A stretch of 63,979 nucleotides of DNA, the filler included, from Pirum gemmata (Eukaryota), in the NCBI GenBank assembly GCA_002812295.1. It is 16 parts of 16 records of this genome, joined end to end, with 100 filler letters (N's around TTAATTAATTAA, not from the genome) between each part and the next. Parts side by side here need not be neighbours in the genome. Positions count along the whole stretch, not along the records: positions 60,348 to 63,979 come from PDIN01001776.1; 15 more parts are not named here. One strand, written 5' to 3'. The notes beneath the pieces were generated by a model. The model made no database searches, had not been told where the DNA came from, and was given only the letters and a program-made list of their open reading frames with translations. Below are positions 61,530 through 63,979 of the stretch, piece by piece. Each line of letters starts with the position of its first letter. Within the stretch, counting starts at the first letter, position 1. The position numbers were made by a program, and so were the translations under genes.

Positions 61530-62217
61530 ATCATAATTATTATTAATTAAGTATCATAGGAGAAAGGCAGAAAACTAAGTGACTCATATATCTTGCTTTT
61601 CATTTATTTTGTCACTCTGAATATTTATTGGGAGGGTTATAATCTTTAAATCGACATTTTCAAATAAATACACAGATAATAAAATATACCAAATTAAGTT
61701 AAAAGGATTTATATTGTATTTATTTGGTACTATTTATTGTTTATTTAATTTCATGATGACAAAACAACTGAAACGCACTATATAGTATAATATTATACTA
61801 CACTCATATAACCGAGTCATTTCACGTTTGCCAATTGAAATACTGTAAATATCAAAAGTATCTTTATTTAGAAATAAACTCTTTTCCTGGTAATAACAAC
61901 ATAGATAAAGGATAAAGAGGATAAAGTATGGTTTTCGTCGGTAGTTTGGGGTTTTGGCTAGGTAGTTTTGGTAGTTTTGGCACTTTTGGCACTTTTGAGG
62001 GAGGGGGTTTTTTACCTCCAAAACATGTGGCCAATTAATGCCTTTTAATTATTTATTTACTGTTCTCATATTAAAAAATACTATATATGATTAAATTACT
62101 AAAAAAAAACACTAAAAAAGCTACTAAAAAACACGTAAAAACTAAAAAACACGAAAAAAAAAAGAAGAAAATGTACGAAAAAAACACTAGCTAGACCGGG
62201 GAGAACTGGGGTCTATA

Positions 62218-62326
62218 TAGGGTTAGGGTTAGGGTTAGGGTTAGGGTTAGGGTTAGGGTTAGGGTTAGGGTTAGGGTTAGGGTTAGGGTTAGGGTTAGGG
62301 TTAGGGTAGGGTTAGGGTTAGGGTTA
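62218..62326 (+). repeat. Interstitial near-perfect (TTAGGG)n array of about 18 units
   Basis: Direct inspection; non-telomeric sequence on both sides. Confidence 0.95.
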
Positions 62327-63465
62327 GAGTAGAGGTCCCTACTGGTAGCTAGCTCTAGACTAGAGTATTATACCCCGCCCGGTAGATTGACTATGATACT
62401 ATACTATACTAGCTAGACTACTAGCTAGCTAGCTAGTCTATAGCTAGCTAGCTATCGATATCATACTACTTTTTTTATAGTAGAGAAACTTATTACAGGG
62501 AGCGTTCATAAAGGACGTCACTTATTCTTTAGGGTGAATTCAAATACTACATAATACCAATTTCTGGTCAAATACAGCTTCAAATACCCCTACCTACCTA
62601 CCCCTCGACGTTAATTTCCTGTCAAATAGCACCTACCTATCTACCCCTTGACGTGGCGTATTATTTGAATGTGGTCGGTCATTCACAGAGTAATTATCGT
62701 GATATTTATTATAAATGATAGATAGAACACTAATTAGAACTTAGATAGACTTGCCATATATGCATAATTCATAATATCAAATGATAATAATTATACATAC
62801 CGATAATAAATATAGATAGAGTTATAATACTGTTTTAACAGTAAGCGTGTTTTTTTTACTTTATTATGATAATATGATTTATTTATTTATTATAATAATG
62901 ATTATCCCAAATAAATATCTCTTTTAATATAAACACCTCTACAAGAGAGTATGAGTCATATCATACTACAATTCTACCACACTACTAGCTAGCTAGTATG
63001 ATACTCCTTACTTTAAAATATGGTACCAAGGCTGGTGGTTACCAAGGGGCATAAAAAAAATCAAACGGCTTAGCTCTGCGCTTAGCTACTATAATATGTA
63101 TCAGTTCTGAATATATATACGATAAATAGTACCATTTCATTTAATTTGGTATATTTTATTATATATTTATTTATTTAAAAGTATCAATTTAAATATTATA
63201 ACCAACCAAATAAATATTCTGAGTGACAAAATAAATGAAAAGCACAATACATGACTATATAGTCTATGATACATCATAATGATATCGATGTACAAGTACA
63301 CATTATTATATTGAATTATTTATAATAATTATTACCAAATAGTCTACGATAATAAATAAATATTCATAAATAAATCTAGCTTGCTTGTATTCGCGATTTC
63401 AAAGTTCGCCCCCACTCTCTGCTACGAGTGGGAGTCTCTATCGTATAACTACTCTACCCTGATAG

Positions 63466-63543
63466 ACCTAACCCTAACCCTAACCCTAACCCTAACCCTA
63501 ACCCTAACCCTAACCCTAACCCCCAACCCTAACCCTAACCCTA
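63466..63543 (-). repeat. Interstitial (CCCTAA)n array of about 13 units, opposite orientation to 61184 and 62218
   Basis: Direct inspection. Confidence 0.95.
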
Positions 63544-63979
63544 TCGATAATATGAAGGAAGACAGGAATTTCTCTCTCTTACATAAGATTAGCTATAGCT
63601 TTAGCTCTGGGCTTTAGCTATCGTGCTTTTCAGTTTTTTTTGTCATAATAAAATATACAATAAATACTACCAAATTAATACAATATAAACCCATTTTATT
63701 TAATTTGGTATATTTTATTATATATTTATTTATTTAAGAATGTCAATTTAAATATTATAACCAACCAAATAAATATTTGGAGGGGCAAAATAAATGAAAA
63801 GCGCTATAATTTATTATATATATTATCATCAGTTTATCTATAAGAATTATCATATTTATTAATATTAATAATTACATCAAGGTCGATATGATGTGATATG
63901 ATATTAATAGTTTATTTTTTAAAATAGTCACTATTGTGCTTTTCATTTATTTTCTCACTCATAATATTTATTTGGTTGT

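Noticed and set aside
1..63979. Gene neighbourhood or cluster interpretation (for example receptor next to N-rich protein, TSR3 next to PPR)
   Set aside because: The genes lie on separate contigs joined artificially, so adjacency carries no information.

Overview
This is very AT-rich, intron-containing eukaryotic nuclear DNA. A unicellular opisthokont, possibly an ichthyosporean or other holozoan, is inferred from gene content but is not proven. The window is not one locus: it is 16 unrelated contigs of about 3.6-4.0 kb joined by 15 artificial 100-bp linkers (N44-TTAATTAATTAA-N44), so nothing can be inferred from gene order across linkers. Recognisable genes, all truncated by contig ends, are an EBP/EXPERA last exon, a GRIP-domain golgin, multi-exon TSR3, a large PPR-like protein, the TFIIH p44/SSL1 C-terminus, a ricin-B + vWA + Cys-rich + Notch-type EGF single-pass membrane protein, an Asn/Gln-rich protein and a YABBY/HMG-like protein. 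The remainder is dense with DNA-transposon debris. It includes two piggyBac-like relics, hAT and DUF6729-like relics, and several MITE families (TA-flanked, PIF/Harbinger-like, Kolobok-like, 8-bp-TSD, hAT-like, foldback). It also holds 24-27 bp P-like micro-elements with 7-bp TSDs, a possible SINE, interstitial TTAGGG arrays and pervasive (TAGC)n filler. All assignments are by eye from motifs; no searches were run.
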